From: Rickettsiales bacterium
GTDB taxonomy: Bacteria > Pseudomonadota > Alphaproteobacteria > Rickettsiales > JALZUV01
DNA: 29,105 nt
Direction: 5' to 3'
NCBI GenBank assembly: GCA_044350115.1
Contig: JBILIE010000001.1
Location: 1-29,105 of the forward strand
Part shown: positions 9,045-18,446 of the stretch, in pieces
How positions within the stretch are numbered: the stretch's first letter is position 1
Layout: the number at the start of each line of letters is the position of its first letter
The notes under the pieces: generated by a model
What the model saw: only the letters and a program-made list of their open reading frames with translations
What the model was told of the DNA's origin: nothing
Database searches by the model: none
Translations under genes and position numbers: made by a program

Positions 9045-9947
9045 ATGACTGAGATTTCAGCACAAAAAATTAAAGATCTGCGCGAATCAACTGGCGCAGG
9101 CATGATGGATTGCAAAAAAGCACTCACCGAAGCAAATGGCGATATGGACGCTGCCGTCGATTGGCTGCGCACTAAAGGCCTCGCTGCTGCGGCGAAAAAA
9201 GCAGGTCGTGTGGCGGCTGAAGGCTTAGTAGCGATTGCTGCTGCTGCGGGCAAAGCGGCACTCATCGAGCTTAATTCTGAAACTGATTTCGTTGCGCGCA
9301 ATGATCAATTCCAGACTCTGGCTGAAACCATTGCGAAAGCTGCGCTGGATAAAGGTGCGAATGATGTCGCGCAAATGGAAAGCGTGCAGCCGCTCGTGAC
9401 TGAAGGCATCGCAACTATCGGCGAGCAAATGAATCTGCGTCGCGTGGCGTATCTGGAAGAAGCAAACGGCGTGGTCGCACAATATATCCACACTCAGGTC
9501 AAACCCGGTATGGGTAAAATCGGCGTGCTGGTTTCGCTGAAATCTTCTGGCGATAAAATGAAATTGGAAGCTTTGGGTCGTCAAATTGCGATGCATATCG
9601 CAGCAGCTCGCCCTGAGTCACTCAACCGCGACGGTATCTCGGCAGAGATGCTGAACCGCGAACGCGCAGTGTTCAAAGAACAAGCAATCGCTTCTGGCAA
9701 AGCCCCAGAAATCGCTGAAAAAATGGTCGAAGGCCGCATCCGTAAATTCTACGAAGAAGTGGTGCTGACCGAGCAAGTATTCGTACTCGACGGCAAAACC
9801 AAAGTGGCAGATGCGATTAAAGCGGCTGAAGCGGATGTCGGTGGTGAAATCACCCTCACTGGCTTCAAATGCTTCCGCCTTGGCGAAGGTATCGAGAAAA
9901 AAGAAGACGATTTCGCTGCAGAAGTAGCGAAAGTAGCCAACGGCTAA
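9045..9947 (+). CDS. tsf: Translation elongation factor Ts
   Basis: LRESTGAGMMDCKKAL, ELNSETDFVARN and MVEGRIRKF motifs; follows rpsB. Confidence 0.99.
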   Translation: MTEISAQKIKDLRESTGAGMMDCKKALTEANGDMDAAVDWLRTKGLAAAAKKAGRVAAEGLVAIAAAAGKAALIELNSETDFVARNDQFQTLAETIAKAALDKGANDVAQMESVQPLVTEGIATIGEQMNLRRVAYLEEANGVVAQYIHTQVKPGMGKIGVLVSLKSSGDKMKLEALGRQIAMHIAAARPESLNRDGISAEMLNRERAVFKEQAIASGKAPEIAEKMVEGRIRKFYEEVVLTEQVFVLDGKTKVADAIKAAEADVGGEITLTGFKCFRLGEGIEKKEDDFAAEVAKVANG

Positions 9948-9962
9948 TTCGTTTTTTTGAGA

Positions 9963-11006
9963 TTAGTTTTTACCGAAACCCGTACCCTGTGTGCGGGTTT
10001 CGTTTTGTATGCGCTCGGCAAAACCACCGGGCATCATCGCACGGCTCAGCAACACCACACCCACCAGCGGCAATAACACCGCCGCCGTGGTTTTGAGCAC
10101 TTTTGCAAAAGTGAGTTTACCGTTATCTTCTTTATCCTGCGGCAGTAGCGCAGGCACCACCATCAACGCCGCCCCCGCCGCGCCATAACCCATGCGCTTC
10201 TGCCATGTGTTGTCGGGTTGAGTGTTGTGTTCTTCTTCTCCTGCAAGCCCTTCATTTCTAAACTTGGTTGATTGTTTGGATTTGTTTTGACCCTGCTCTT
10301 TTTGGTCTATTTTCCCTAGCCAAATTTCCACTACAGATTTGATATCTTCTGGCGTTTTTTTAAAATCAGAATTTACAAAAATGTCCAACGCAACAGTATC
10401 AATAGAAGTTTCTCTTCGTTTCCAATTGGTATAAGCACATGCTCTCTGCAGCTCCTTTGCTCGCAAAGAAGGAATGGCTGCAGGATCAAATTTGAGTGAC
10501 TGTAGGCGGTCACTTCCCAATACCTCTGCAAGAGTGTACTCAACCGCCTCAATAAAACTCTGGGTTTGCTTCGCAGCGCAACCCAACTCTGGTGCTTGAT
10601 CGTTAAAATCATAGGCATATTCAGTGAAATTAATTTTGCCTTCAGAGGGAATATTTTCACCAATCACCTGCCGTGCAGAATCTACTGCAGCACGAGAGAA
10701 AGGGTCTTGAATTTGCAGATACTCTTGTACAAAGGGTTGGTATTTTGCACGTATCTGAACAGCACTTTCCTTCTCTCGTTCGTATTTCCCTTCCATCGCA
10801 CGATAAAACTTCTCTTCCGCATCCCTAATAGCAATCAACTCGATGTAACCACTTCCATCCTCTTGCTCTGCGAATCCGATTTTTCCTGCCTTGACTCGTT
10901 CCTCAACTTTTTTTCTAAAAGATAAATAAGCCCCCTCCAGCCCTGAAGATTGCAGCTCATTCCGCATTTTATCGTCAATCACTATATCGGCGATATTTGT
11001 TTTCAT
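9963..11006 (-). CDS. Hypothetical protein (~347 aa) with two C-terminal hydrophobic segments
   Basis: Open frame in visibly AT-richer DNA; likely start MKTNIAD (11006) or MQGGY (11030); the ORF-track extension to 11306 runs through repeat R1d and into purQ. Confidence 0.75.
   Translation of the reverse strand: MKTNIADIVIDDKMRNELQSSGLEGAYLSFRKKVEERVKAGKIGFAEQEDGSGYIELIAIRDAEEKFYRAMEGKYEREKESAVQIRAKYQPFVQEYLQIQDPFSRAAVDSARQVIGENIPSEGKINFTEYAYDFNDQAPELGCAAKQTQSFIEAVEYTLAEVLGSDRLQSLKFDPAAIPSLRAKELQRACAYTNWKRRETSIDTVALDIFVNSDFKKTPEDIKSVVEIWLGKIDQKEQGQNKSKQSTKFRNEGLAGEEEHNTQPDNTWQKRMGYGAAGAALMVVPALLPQDKEDNGKLTFAKVLKTTAAVLLPLVGVVLLSRAMMPGGFAERIQNETRTQGTGFGKN
9974..10006 (+). terminator. Intrinsic terminator of rpsB-tsf
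   Basis: 12-bp stem CGAAACCCGTAC / GTGCGGGTTTCG (one G-U), 5-nt loop, then TTTT; overlaps the last codons of the convergent ORF. Confidence 0.75.
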
Positions 11007-11090
11007 CTTTTCATTGTATCCCCCTTGCATTACAGTTTCATGACAGCTTGCCGTTTTTTTCAAAACCGCTATAAATGAGGCTATTGCTAA

Positions 11091-11173
11091 TTCACTGCGC
11101 GAAGCGCGGCGCGTAAGCGTGGGGTTTTGGGAGTATCCCCATTCAAAAAAGCCCCATTCAAAAAAGAAAAGGA
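11091..11173 (-). repeat. Dispersed repeat R1, copy d (reverse), with a 15-bp tandem duplication of its end
   Basis: Reverse complement TTTTTTGAATGGGGATACTCCCAAAACCCCACGCTTACGCGCCGCGCTTCGCGC; CCCCATTCAAAAAAG at both 11137-11151 and 11152-11166. Confidence 0.85.
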
Positions 11174-11177
11174 CTAT

Positions 11178-11891
11178 ATGAAAGCTGCTGTGATTGTATT
11201 TCCGGGGTCGAATTGCGACCGTGATGTTTTTTCTGTCCTTCGTTCCGCATGGGGCGTGGAGCATGACTCCCTCGCGGGGGAAGATGCGGTGCAGAAGGTC
11301 TGGCATGGCGACGCGACTTTGCCAGAGGTAGATTTGGTCGTGCTTCCGGGCGGGTTTTCTTACGGCGATTATCTGCGTTGCGGCGCGATGGCGGCACGCT
11401 CACCGATTATGCGTGAGGTCAAAGCCCATGCAGAGCGCGGCGGCTTGTTGCTGGGCGTGTGCAATGGATTTCAGATTCTCACCGAAACGGGCTTGCTACC
11501 CGGCACATTGTTGATGAATCGTGACTTGAAATTCCTGTGTCAGGATGTGTTTCTGCGCGTAGAACAAGCCGATTCTGCCTTCACTTCGCATTATACTGCG
11601 GGGCAGGTGATCAATGTTCCGATCGCCCATCACGAAGGCAATTATTTTGCTGATACTCATACGCTCGATGCGCTGGAATCGAACAACCAAATTGCTTTCC
11701 GTTACTGTGATGCTCAAGGCGAATTGACGGCTGAATCCAACCCCAATGGTGCTGCGCGCTCGATTGCAGGGATCTTCAACGCTAAGCGCAATGTGCTGGG
11801 CATGATGCCACATCCTGAGCGTCATGCGGATATTGCCGTGGGTAATACCGATGGTCTGGCGATGTTTATTGGCCTTAAAGCGGCGGCGTGA
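11178..11891 (+). CDS. purQ: Phosphoribosylformylglycinamidine synthase subunit PurQ
   Basis: [33 protein letters not shown] and MMPHPER motifs; ATG 11178 preceded by AAGGA. Confidence 0.98.
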   Translation: MKAAVIVFPGSNCDRDVFSVLRSAWGVEHDSLAGEDAVQKVWHGDATLPEVDLVVLPGGFSYGDYLRCGAMAARSPIMREVKAHAERGGLLLGVCNGFQILTETGLLPGTLLMNRDLKFLCQDVFLRVEQADSAFTSHYTAGQVINVPIAHHEGNYFADTHTLDALESNNQIAFRYCDAQGELTAESNPNGAARSIAGIFNAKRNVLGMMPHPERHADIAVGNTDGLAMFIGLKAAA

Positions 11892-11892
11892 A

Positions 11893-12561
11893 ATGAAACA
11901 CGCAGCGCTCATCCTGCTGCTGCTTTCTGCTTCGCCCGCGCTGGCGCAAACACCGTTTATTGCCGATGATGCTCCTCCCGCAAAATGTTTTCCTACTCCC
12001 ACGATTGCGGGCGCTGAGGGCGGCTATCCGGGACGTGAGCGCATTATCCACTCTAACAAACTTGCCAAACCTGCGGGCAAAGCAGTAGTCGCCCGTGGTG
12101 AGTTACTCTATGTACAAGGCCGCGTTTTTGACGAAAGTTGTGTGCCCATAGAAGGTGCCAGCATCGAGCTATGGCAACCTGATTCAAGCGGAAAATATAT
12201 ATGGGAAAAACAGGGCAAACTGATGTCGCCCTCCGCCGCATTTGCAGGTACGGGGCAGGCGATGACAAATAACCTCGGCGAGTTTCAGTTCCTCACCATC
12301 TTTCCAGGGGTGATTGGCGATCGCGCACCACATCTGAACTTCCGCATCACCCACCCTGATTTTCCTACCTTATATACCGAAATTTTCTTTGAAGGCGACC
12401 ACCGCAATAAAGACGATTCGCAGCTGAATTCGCTGCCTTCCGTGCTGCGTGATGCGCTGCAAGCAAAGGTGACTCTGCCCGATCCCAATGCGCCAGAAAC
12501 CTATCTGCTCGCCAGCCTCAAAATCGTGCTGACGGGTAATAATAAGTTTAAAAGGTACTGA
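11893..12561 (+). CDS. Intradiol ring-cleavage dioxygenase-like protein (PcaG/PcaH fold) with a signal peptide
   Basis: VQGRVFDESC.PI.GASIELWQ.D..G.Y, GEFQFLTIFPG and RAPHLNF motifs; N-terminal MKHAALILLLLSASPALA. Confidence 0.85.
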   Translation: MKHAALILLLLSASPALAQTPFIADDAPPAKCFPTPTIAGAEGGYPGRERIIHSNKLAKPAGKAVVARGELLYVQGRVFDESCVPIEGASIELWQPDSSGKYIWEKQGKLMSPSAAFAGTGQAMTNNLGEFQFLTIFPGVIGDRAPHLNFRITHPDFPTLYTEIFFEGDHRNKDDSQLNSLPSVLRDALQAKVTLPDPNAPETYLLASLKIVLTGNNKFKRY

Positions 12562-12627
12562 TCCTTTATTTTGAATGGGGCTAAGGCGCCCCAAACCCCA
12601 CGCTTCGCGCCTCGCCTTGCTCGGATA
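12562..12627 (+). repeat. Dispersed repeat R1, copy e
   Basis: TCCTTTATTTTGAATGGGGCTAAGGCGCCCCAAACCCCACGCTTCGCGCCTCGCCTTGCTCGG. Confidence 0.85.
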
Positions 12628-12651
12628 TATGCAGAATGATATACAAATGAC

Positions 12652-13161
12652 ATGAAAGAAATAACGACTAAAATTTTTATCTCTCATGCAACTACCCTCA
12701 TTGGCGCGGCAGTCGCGGCTTCGCTGGGCATGGCCTATATCGCGGAATATGGGTTTAAGCTGCTGCCCTGCGAGCTGTGTTTGATGCAGCGCAAGCCGTT
12801 TTTTGCCGTGCTGGCACTGGCAGCGATCGCATTTTTCTTGCGTAAACCCATTCAGCGTAACATTATTTTAGCCGTGATGGGCGTGCTGCTACTTGGCAAT
12901 TCTGGCCTTGCATTATACCATACGGGTGTGGAGCAAAAATGGTGGCAAGGCCCCACGGAGTGCAGCAGCGACGAAATGCAAACAGGGCTTTCGATGGAAG
13001 AAATGCGCGCACAAATTCTTGCCGCACCGCTGATTCGTTGCGATGTACCTGCATGGGAATTTCATGGCATCACCATGGCCAGCTTGAATATTTTCTTCTG
13101 CTTATTTTTAGCATTATTCAGTTTTTGGAGCTTATATGCCATTACCCGCCGCCAAAGCTAA
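12652..13161 (+). CDS. dsbB: Disulfide bond formation protein B
   Basis: PCELCLMQR CxxC, four TM segments, second Cys pair (GPTECS ... IRCDVPAW). Confidence 0.9.
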   Translation: MKEITTKIFISHATTLIGAAVAASLGMAYIAEYGFKLLPCELCLMQRKPFFAVLALAAIAFFLRKPIQRNIILAVMGVLLLGNSGLALYHTGVEQKWWQGPTECSSDEMQTGLSMEEMRAQILAAPLIRCDVPAWEFHGITMASLNIFFCLFLALFSFWSLYAITRRQS

Positions 13162-13657
13162 TTTAGACGAGATTATCCGCGTGAATCATGCGGGGGAATA
13201 TGGCGCGAAGCGCATCTACCAAGGCCAGTTGGCGACGATTCGTGATAGCAAAGCTAAAGCGCAAATTGAGCATATGCTGGCGCAGGAGCTTGAACATCTC
13301 GATTATTTCACGGCTGAAATCGGCAAGCGTGGAGTGCGCCCCACCGTATTACAACCGATTTGGCATTTGGGCGGATTCGCGCTGGGTGCCGTCACGGCAC
13401 TGATGGGAAAACACGCGGCGATGGCCTGCACCGTGGCGGTAGAAAGCGTAATTGACGAACATTATCGCGAGCAACTCGCCACTCTTTCAAACGAACCCGC
13501 ACTGCAAGAAAAAATCGAGAAATTTCGCGCAGAAGAAGTCGAACACCATGATCTCGGCCTTGCCGAAGGGGCAGAAGAGGCACCCGCTTATCCCTTACTC
13601 ACTGCTGCGATTCGTGGAATCACCCAAACCGCCATTGCACTTTCGAAGAAGATTTAG
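13136..13657 (+). CDS. coq7: Demethoxyubiquinone hydroxylase (Coq7/CLK-1 di-iron family)
   Basis: [34 protein letters not shown] and EEVEHHD di-iron motifs. Confidence 0.95.
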   Translation: MPLPAAKANLDEIIRVNHAGEYGAKRIYQGQLATIRDSKAKAQIEHMLAQELEHLDYFTAEIGKRGVRPTVLQPIWHLGGFALGAVTALMGKHAAMACTVAVESVIDEHYREQLATLSNEPALQEKIEKFRAEEVEHHDLGLAEGAEEAPAYPLLTAAIRGITQTAIALSKKI

Positions 13658-14853
13658 GCGTAAGTGCGCTCGACATATTCTTGCACCATCTGCGTGAATT
13701 CTGCCGCGATATTATCACCGCGCAAGGTCGCCACTTTCTGACCATCCACATAGACGGGGGCGATGGGTGATTCGCCAGTGCCAGGTAAGCTGATGCCGAT
13801 ATTAGCGTGTTTGCTCTCGCCAGGGCCATTGACGATGCAGCCCATCACCGCCACTTTCATGGTTTCCACCCCATTATATTTGCCTTTCCAGACAGGCATT
13901 TGGCTTTGCAAAAACGCGTCAATATCCTGCGTGAGGGATTGGAAATAAGTGCTGGTGGTGCGCCCGCATCCGGGGCAGGCCGTCACTTCTGGCGCAAAAT
14001 TGCGTAAGCCCAAAGATTGGATAATCTCGCGGCAAAGGCGCACTTCAATGGTGCGGTCGCCGTTTGGTTCGGGGGTGAGCGAGGCGCGGATGGTATCGCC
14101 GATGCCTTCTTGCAATAAAATCGAAAGCGCGGCGGTGGTGGCGGCAATGCCTTTGATGCCCATGCCCGCTTCGGTCAGCCCCAGATGCAGCGCATAGCGA
14201 CAGCGCGAAGATAAATCGCGATATACCGCAACGAGTTCCTGCACTTTGCTCACTTTTGCCGAAAGTAAAATTTGGTTGGGTTTCAGGCCGATTTCTTGTG
14301 CTCGCGCGGCGCTTTCTAAGCACGAGCGCACCAAGGCCTCGCGCATTACCTCGTCATTGCTTTTCGGGTTACCTGCGGCGTTATTTTCATCCATCACGCG
14401 TGCTAGCATTGCGGGGTCAAGGCTGCCCCAATTCACACCGATGCGAACGGGTTTGCGATAATGAATCGCCGCTTCCACCATCTGTGTAAATTGCGCGTCG
14501 TGCTTTTCTTTAAAGCCGACATTACCCGGATTAATACGGTATTTATCCAGTGCGGCCGCCATTTCGGGATAGGTTTTGAGCAAGCGATGTCCATTATAAT
14601 GAAAGTCGCCCACGAGCGGCACCATCACGCCATTTTGGCGTAACTGTTTGACCACCGCAGGCACGGCCTCTGCCGCCACATCATTATTCACCGTAATCCG
14701 CACCAGCTCCGATCCTGCTTCGGCCAATTCAGTCACTTGTTTGACGGTACTGGCAATATCGGCGGTATCGGTGTTCGTCATACTCTGCACCGCCACCGGC
14801 GCGCCGCCGCCGAGGGTGATATTGCCGATTTGGGTGGAATAGGTTTGTTTCAT
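13654..14853 (-). CDS. ispG: (E)-4-hydroxy-3-methylbut-2-enyl-diphosphate synthase
   Basis: [42 protein letters not shown] and [12 protein letters not shown] motifs. Confidence 0.98.
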   Translation of the reverse strand: MKQTYSTQIGNITLGGGAPVAVQSMTNTDTADIASTVKQVTELAEAGSELVRITVNNDVAAEAVPAVVKQLRQNGVMVPLVGDFHYNGHRLLKTYPEMAAALDKYRINPGNVGFKEKHDAQFTQMVEAAIHYRKPVRIGVNWGSLDPAMLARVMDENNAAGNPKSNDEVMREALVRSCLESAARAQEIGLKPNQILLSAKVSKVQELVAVYRDLSSRCRYALHLGLTEAGMGIKGIAATTAALSILLQEGIGDTIRASLTPEPNGDRTIEVRLCREIIQSLGLRNFAPEVTACPGCGRTTSTYFQSLTQDIDAFLQSQMPVWKGKYNGVETMKVAVMGCIVNGPGESKHANIGISLPGTGESPIAPVYVDGQKVATLRGDNIAAEFTQMVQEYVERTYA

Positions 14854-14881
14854 GGTTACGGGTTGATGGTTATTGGTTGAT
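14854..14881 (-). repeat. Tandem heptamer array ATCAACC AATAACC ATCAACC CGTAACC
   Basis: Encodes the last residues (QPITINP) and the TAA stop of the RodZ-like gene and abuts the ispG ATG. Confidence 0.6.
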
Positions 14882-15458
14882 AAGCAAGCATAGGCACTGC
14901 TTTTGCTTCCTGCACCCTATAGCATGGGTCGCTTATTACTTGCACTATCTTCATGCATTCCTGCGCGGGGAGGCTATAGGGCGAAGGCGTGACTTCTGGT
15001 ACCGCTTCCTTCGATTCCAGCCATGATTGTGGCACCGATAAATCGGCTTCAATCGCCTCAATATCATTAGATTGCAGCGCATTCCATAACGTCCCCATCG
15101 CCACTATTGCTGCGAGCGAGAGCCATAACACCGTGCGGGAGGGTTGCTGCTCGGTGCTGGCAGTTTCAAAGTAATTCAGCTTGGTGGAAACCTTGCCCTG
15201 CAAGCGATCACACAGCGCCATCACTTCGCCTTGCGGCAGCCCCAGCAACTCCGCATACCGCCGCAAATATCCGCGCCCATAGGCCAATCCAGGCAGCGCG
15301 CTCCAATCGCCCGATTCCAGCGCATTCAGATAGGCCATCCGCACATGCAATTGCTCGGCCACAGTTTCTTTCTTCAGCCGTTGCCCTTCGCGCACCTCGC
15401 GCAGATATTGCCCCAGTGCTTCTAAATCAGGTAAATTGGAAATCGCCGAGTTGCTCAT
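14856..15458 (-). CDS. RodZ-like HTH membrane protein (HTH_25 plus one TM; short periplasmic part)
   Basis: [38 protein letters not shown]; [17 protein letters not shown]; sits upstream of ispG as rodZ usually does. Confidence 0.8.
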   Translation of the reverse strand: MSNSAISNLPDLEALGQYLREVREGQRLKKETVAEQLHVRMAYLNALESGDWSALPGLAYGRGYLRRYAELLGLPQGEVMALCDRLQGKVSTKLNYFETASTEQQPSRTVLWLSLAAIVAMGTLWNALQSNDIEAIEADLSVPQSWLESKEAVPEVTPSPYSLPAQECMKIVQVISDPCYRVQEAKAVPMLAYQPITINP

Positions 15459-15485
15459 TGATGAGAGTCTAATGCGACTTACGCT

Positions 15486-16478
15486 CTAACGCAAATACGC
15501 TTCTGCCTGCCCCAACAGTTCGGCGATAATCTCGCGCATGGGCTGGATTTTGGTGACCATACCCACGCTTTGGCCTGCCATGACTGAGCCGTTTTCCACA
15601 TCGCCATCGATCACGGCTTTGCGGAGTGCGCCTGCCCAGTAATGTTCTATCTCTAGCTGCGCGGCGTGTTTGTCGATTTCGCCAGCGCGGAATTTGCGGA
15701 TGGTTTCTAGCTGAAAACGGGTAAAATCTTCCGTGGCTTTATTCTCAATTGCCCGCACGGGAATGACGGGGAAGTCTGGGTCAATCTGCACGGAGGGCAT
15801 GGCACTGCGTGCCGAACTGCGGATAAACATTTCCTTGAAATTCGGATGGGCGATAGATTCCTCAGCGCATACAAATCGCGTGCCTAGCTGCACCCCTGCC
15901 GCACCCATTTCCAGATAATTCGCCATCATCTCACCGCGCCCAATGCCACCCGCTACAAATACAGGTACTTCGCGGATTTCAGGCAGAATTTCCTGCGCGA
16001 GTACAGAGGTGGAGACGGAGCCGATATGCCCACCCGCTTCGGTGCCTTCAATAATCAGCGCATCCACGCCGCTGCGTACCAATTTGCGGCCAAAGCCAAC
16101 GGTGGGGGCAAAGGCCAGCACCTTCACGCTGCTGGTTTTAAGTTGATCGATAATAGCGGCTTTGGGCAACCCCCCTGCCAGCACCACATGCGAAACTTTG
16201 TGATTGATGCAGATCTGCGCCAGTGCTTCCAGCTGCGGATGCATCACAATCAAATTCACGCCAAAGGGTTTTTGGGTGAGGGCTTGCGTGGTGATAATTT
16301 CCTTCTCCAGCACTTCGGGCGGCATCGAGCCACAGGCAATCACCCCAAACGCCCCCGCATTCGACAATGCCGCCACAAGGTTGCGCTCGCTCACCCAGCT
16401 CATCGCCCCGCCCATGATGGCGACTTCTGAGCCTAAAAACGCGCTGCCGCGCTGCATAAGAGAGGCAAGTTTAGTCAT
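15486..16478 (-). CDS. Nitronate monooxygenase / FabK-like FMN oxidoreductase
   Basis: GGAMSWVS, PFGVNL, IIEG.EAGGH, VFVAGGIG, GAAGVQLGTRF and MAGQSVG motifs. Confidence 0.9.
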   Translation of the reverse strand: MTKLASLMQRGSAFLGSEVAIMGGAMSWVSERNLVAALSNAGAFGVIACGSMPPEVLEKEIITTQALTQKPFGVNLIVMHPQLEALAQICINHKVSHVVLAGGLPKAAIIDQLKTSSVKVLAFAPTVGFGRKLVRSGVDALIIEGTEAGGHIGSVSTSVLAQEILPEIREVPVFVAGGIGRGEMMANYLEMGAAGVQLGTRFVCAEESIAHPNFKEMFIRSSARSAMPSVQIDPDFPVIPVRAIENKATEDFTRFQLETIRKFRAGEIDKHAAQLEIEHYWAGALRKAVIDGDVENGSVMAGQSVGMVTKIQPMREIIAELLGQAEAYLR

Positions 16479-16705
16479 AACCGCCTAAAAAGCAGTGTTT
16501 CCCCCCTAAGGCAACCTAAATTGTCATAAAACGGTAACACACAAGCGAGGGCGGATGGAGTAAGGTGGCAACGTTACTTTTAATGCCATTTTTTCACAAA
16601 ACGGGTTGCAGACGTATGCGTCTCTTGTGCTTTGGTTTCCGAAAGACGAAGCCATTTCCTCTTCTCCTTGAGGCGCAGAAATTTGTGATCCACCCGCTTT
16701 TAGCT

Positions 16706-16900
16706 ATGAAAAAAGTTTTTTTCGTAGTGGTAGTTTGCGGGGTGTTGATGGTGGCCTTTGGCGATCGCAGCACCCTCGTAAATGGGCTGGGGTGGTTTGC
16801 CCTCGTCATCGGGGGCATAGGGACACTAGCAGTCCCCGTCGCCCCAGCAACGGAGGGGATGTCGGAAACGGCATCAGATGAACCTGATTGGGACGTCTGA
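16706..16900 (+). CDS. Putative small membrane protein (64 aa, two hydrophobic segments, acidic tail)
   Basis: MKKVFFVVVVCGVLMVAF ... LGWFALVIGGIGTLAVPV; followed by a hairpin plus T-run; no clear SD. Confidence 0.4.
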   Translation: MKKVFFVVVVCGVLMVAFGDRSTLVNGLGWFALVIGGIGTLAVPVAPATEGMSETASDEPDWDV

Positions 16901-16978
16901 CCCTCCCCCCGCCGAGTCTCGCCCACTCGGCAAGATTAATCCCGCGGCGATGATTCGCTCTTGCCGCTCAGTCTTCAC

Positions 16979-17024
16979 CCCCTCTCTTCCCTGCGTAAAA
17001 ACCAGTGAGAAGGGAGGGTTTTTT
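16979..17024 (+). terminator. Stem-loop with T6 tail between the small ORF and the convergent lysC
   Basis: CCCTCTCTTC / GAAGGGAGGG stem (one G-U) followed by TTTTTT. Confidence 0.55.
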
Positions 17025-17026
17025 CT

Positions 17027-18283
17027 TTACGACGGTACCGTCTCATCCGCTACGCTGGCTTTATCCAGCGCGAAGGCGGCATGGAGCGCGCGCACGGCAA
17101 GCTCGGTATATTCCTCGTCGATCAACACTGAGATTTTGATTTCGGAGGTGGAAATCACGAGGATATTCACACCTTTTTCCGCCAAGGTGGTGAACATCGT
17201 GCTGGCGATCCCTGCATGGGAGCGCATCCCTACCCCGATGACGGAAATCTTGGCTACGCCTTTATCGGAATGCATCCGCTCATAGCCGATGCCTTTGCGG
17301 TTGGTTTCCATCACCTCGATGGTTTTGGGCAGATCGCCGCGCGGGACGGTGAAGGTCATATCCGTCTTTTTGCCTTCTTCGGTGATGTTTTGCACGATCA
17401 TATCGACATTAATATTCGCATCGCCCAGCGGGCCGAATACTTTGCTCGAAATGCCTGGCACATTCGGCACATTCACTAATGTTACACGCGCATCATCACG
17501 GCTATAGGTGATGCCTGTTACTCTTCTACGTTCCAGCACTTCTTCTTCCTCCACTAACAGGGTTCCGGGTTCGTCGGAGAAGGTGGAAAGCACCTGCACC
17601 CGCACGCCATAATTCATTGCCATTTCTACCGAGCGCGTCTGCAATACTTTCGCGCCTTGGCTCGCCATTTCTAAAATTTCTTCGTAAGCCACTTTTTTGA
17701 GCTTGCGCGCTTTGGGCACAATGCGCGGGTCGGTGGTATAAATCCCGTCCACATCCGTATAGATATCGCAGCGATCGGCCTTGAGTGCCGCTGCAATCGC
17801 GACCGCCGTTGTGTCTGATCCGCCGCGCCCCAGCGTGCTGATGCGGCCTTCTTCCGTAATACCCTGAAAGCCCGCCACCACCACGACTTCGCCTTTTTTC
17901 AGCGAAGCAAAAATGTTATCTGTGGGGATGTCTGCAATGCGGGCGCGCCCATGTGACATATCGGTTTTGAGCGGCAATTGCCAACCCGCAAAACTGCGCG
18001 CGGGGATGCCGATTTCTTTTAAATGCAGCGCCAGCAAACCTGAAGTGACTTGCTCGCCCGAAGCGACGATGGAATCATATTCTGCCCATTCATCTGGCTC
18101 CATCAAATCCGAAAGCTCGCGGCACAGACCCACCAATTGATCCGTCACGCCTGACATGGCAGACACCGCCACCACGACCTGATTACCCAGATCGAGTTCT
18201 TTTTTCACCTTGGTTGCCACATGCCGAATCCGCTCCAGATTCGCTACCGAGGTTCCGCCAAATTTTTGTACAATCAGTGCCAT
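17027..18283 (-). CDS. lysC: Aspartate kinase
   Basis: VQKFGGTSV, TLGRGGSDTTAVA, DIYTDVDGIYTTDPR, two ACT domains, STSEIKIS. Confidence 0.98.
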   Translation of the reverse strand: MALIVQKFGGTSVANLERIRHVATKVKKELDLGNQVVVAVSAMSGVTDQLVGLCRELSDLMEPDEWAEYDSIVASGEQVTSGLLALHLKEIGIPARSFAGWQLPLKTDMSHGRARIADIPTDNIFASLKKGEVVVVAGFQGITEEGRISTLGRGGSDTTAVAIAAALKADRCDIYTDVDGIYTTDPRIVPKARKLKKVAYEEILEMASQGAKVLQTRSVEMAMNYGVRVQVLSTFSDEPGTLLVEEEEVLERRRVTGITYSRDDARVTLVNVPNVPGISSKVFGPLGDANINVDMIVQNITEEGKKTDMTFTVPRGDLPKTIEVMETNRKGIGYERMHSDKGVAKISVIGVGMRSHAGIASTMFTTLAEKGVNILVISTSEIKISVLIDEEYTELAVRALHAAFALDKASVADETVPS

Positions 18284-18446
18284 CGTTTTCTTTATGTGGT
18301 GGGACGCTGCCCACGCTACGCATTGTGTTTTAATAGGTCGCAGATTCTAGGGCGATGCACAGGAAATGCAACCAAAACACGCGCCGATCTCAATACGGAT
18401 GCCCCCTCACAAAAAAATCACAAATTAACCAAATCGTTAAACTTTT

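Noticed and set aside
6329-9990. Shared G(L/F)GK C-terminus of the two orphans as a secretion signal
   Set aside because: Only four residues, and in the second ORF the tail is constrained by the antisense tsf terminator, so coincidence is likely
8920-11891. C-terminal Ala-Ala of RpsB and PurQ as ClpXP degrons linked to sspB
   Set aside because: Di-alanine ends are common in Ala-rich proteins; there is no further support
16543-16700. 6S RNA, tmRNA, SRP RNA or riboswitch call
   Set aside because: Local hairpins exist but none of the diagnostic sequence motifs could be matched by eye; kept only as a weak unassigned candidate
18284-18420. Lysine riboswitch or tRNA upstream of lysC
   Set aside because: Only a short GTGGG/CCCAC hairpin; no L-box motifs or cloverleaf with a T-loop
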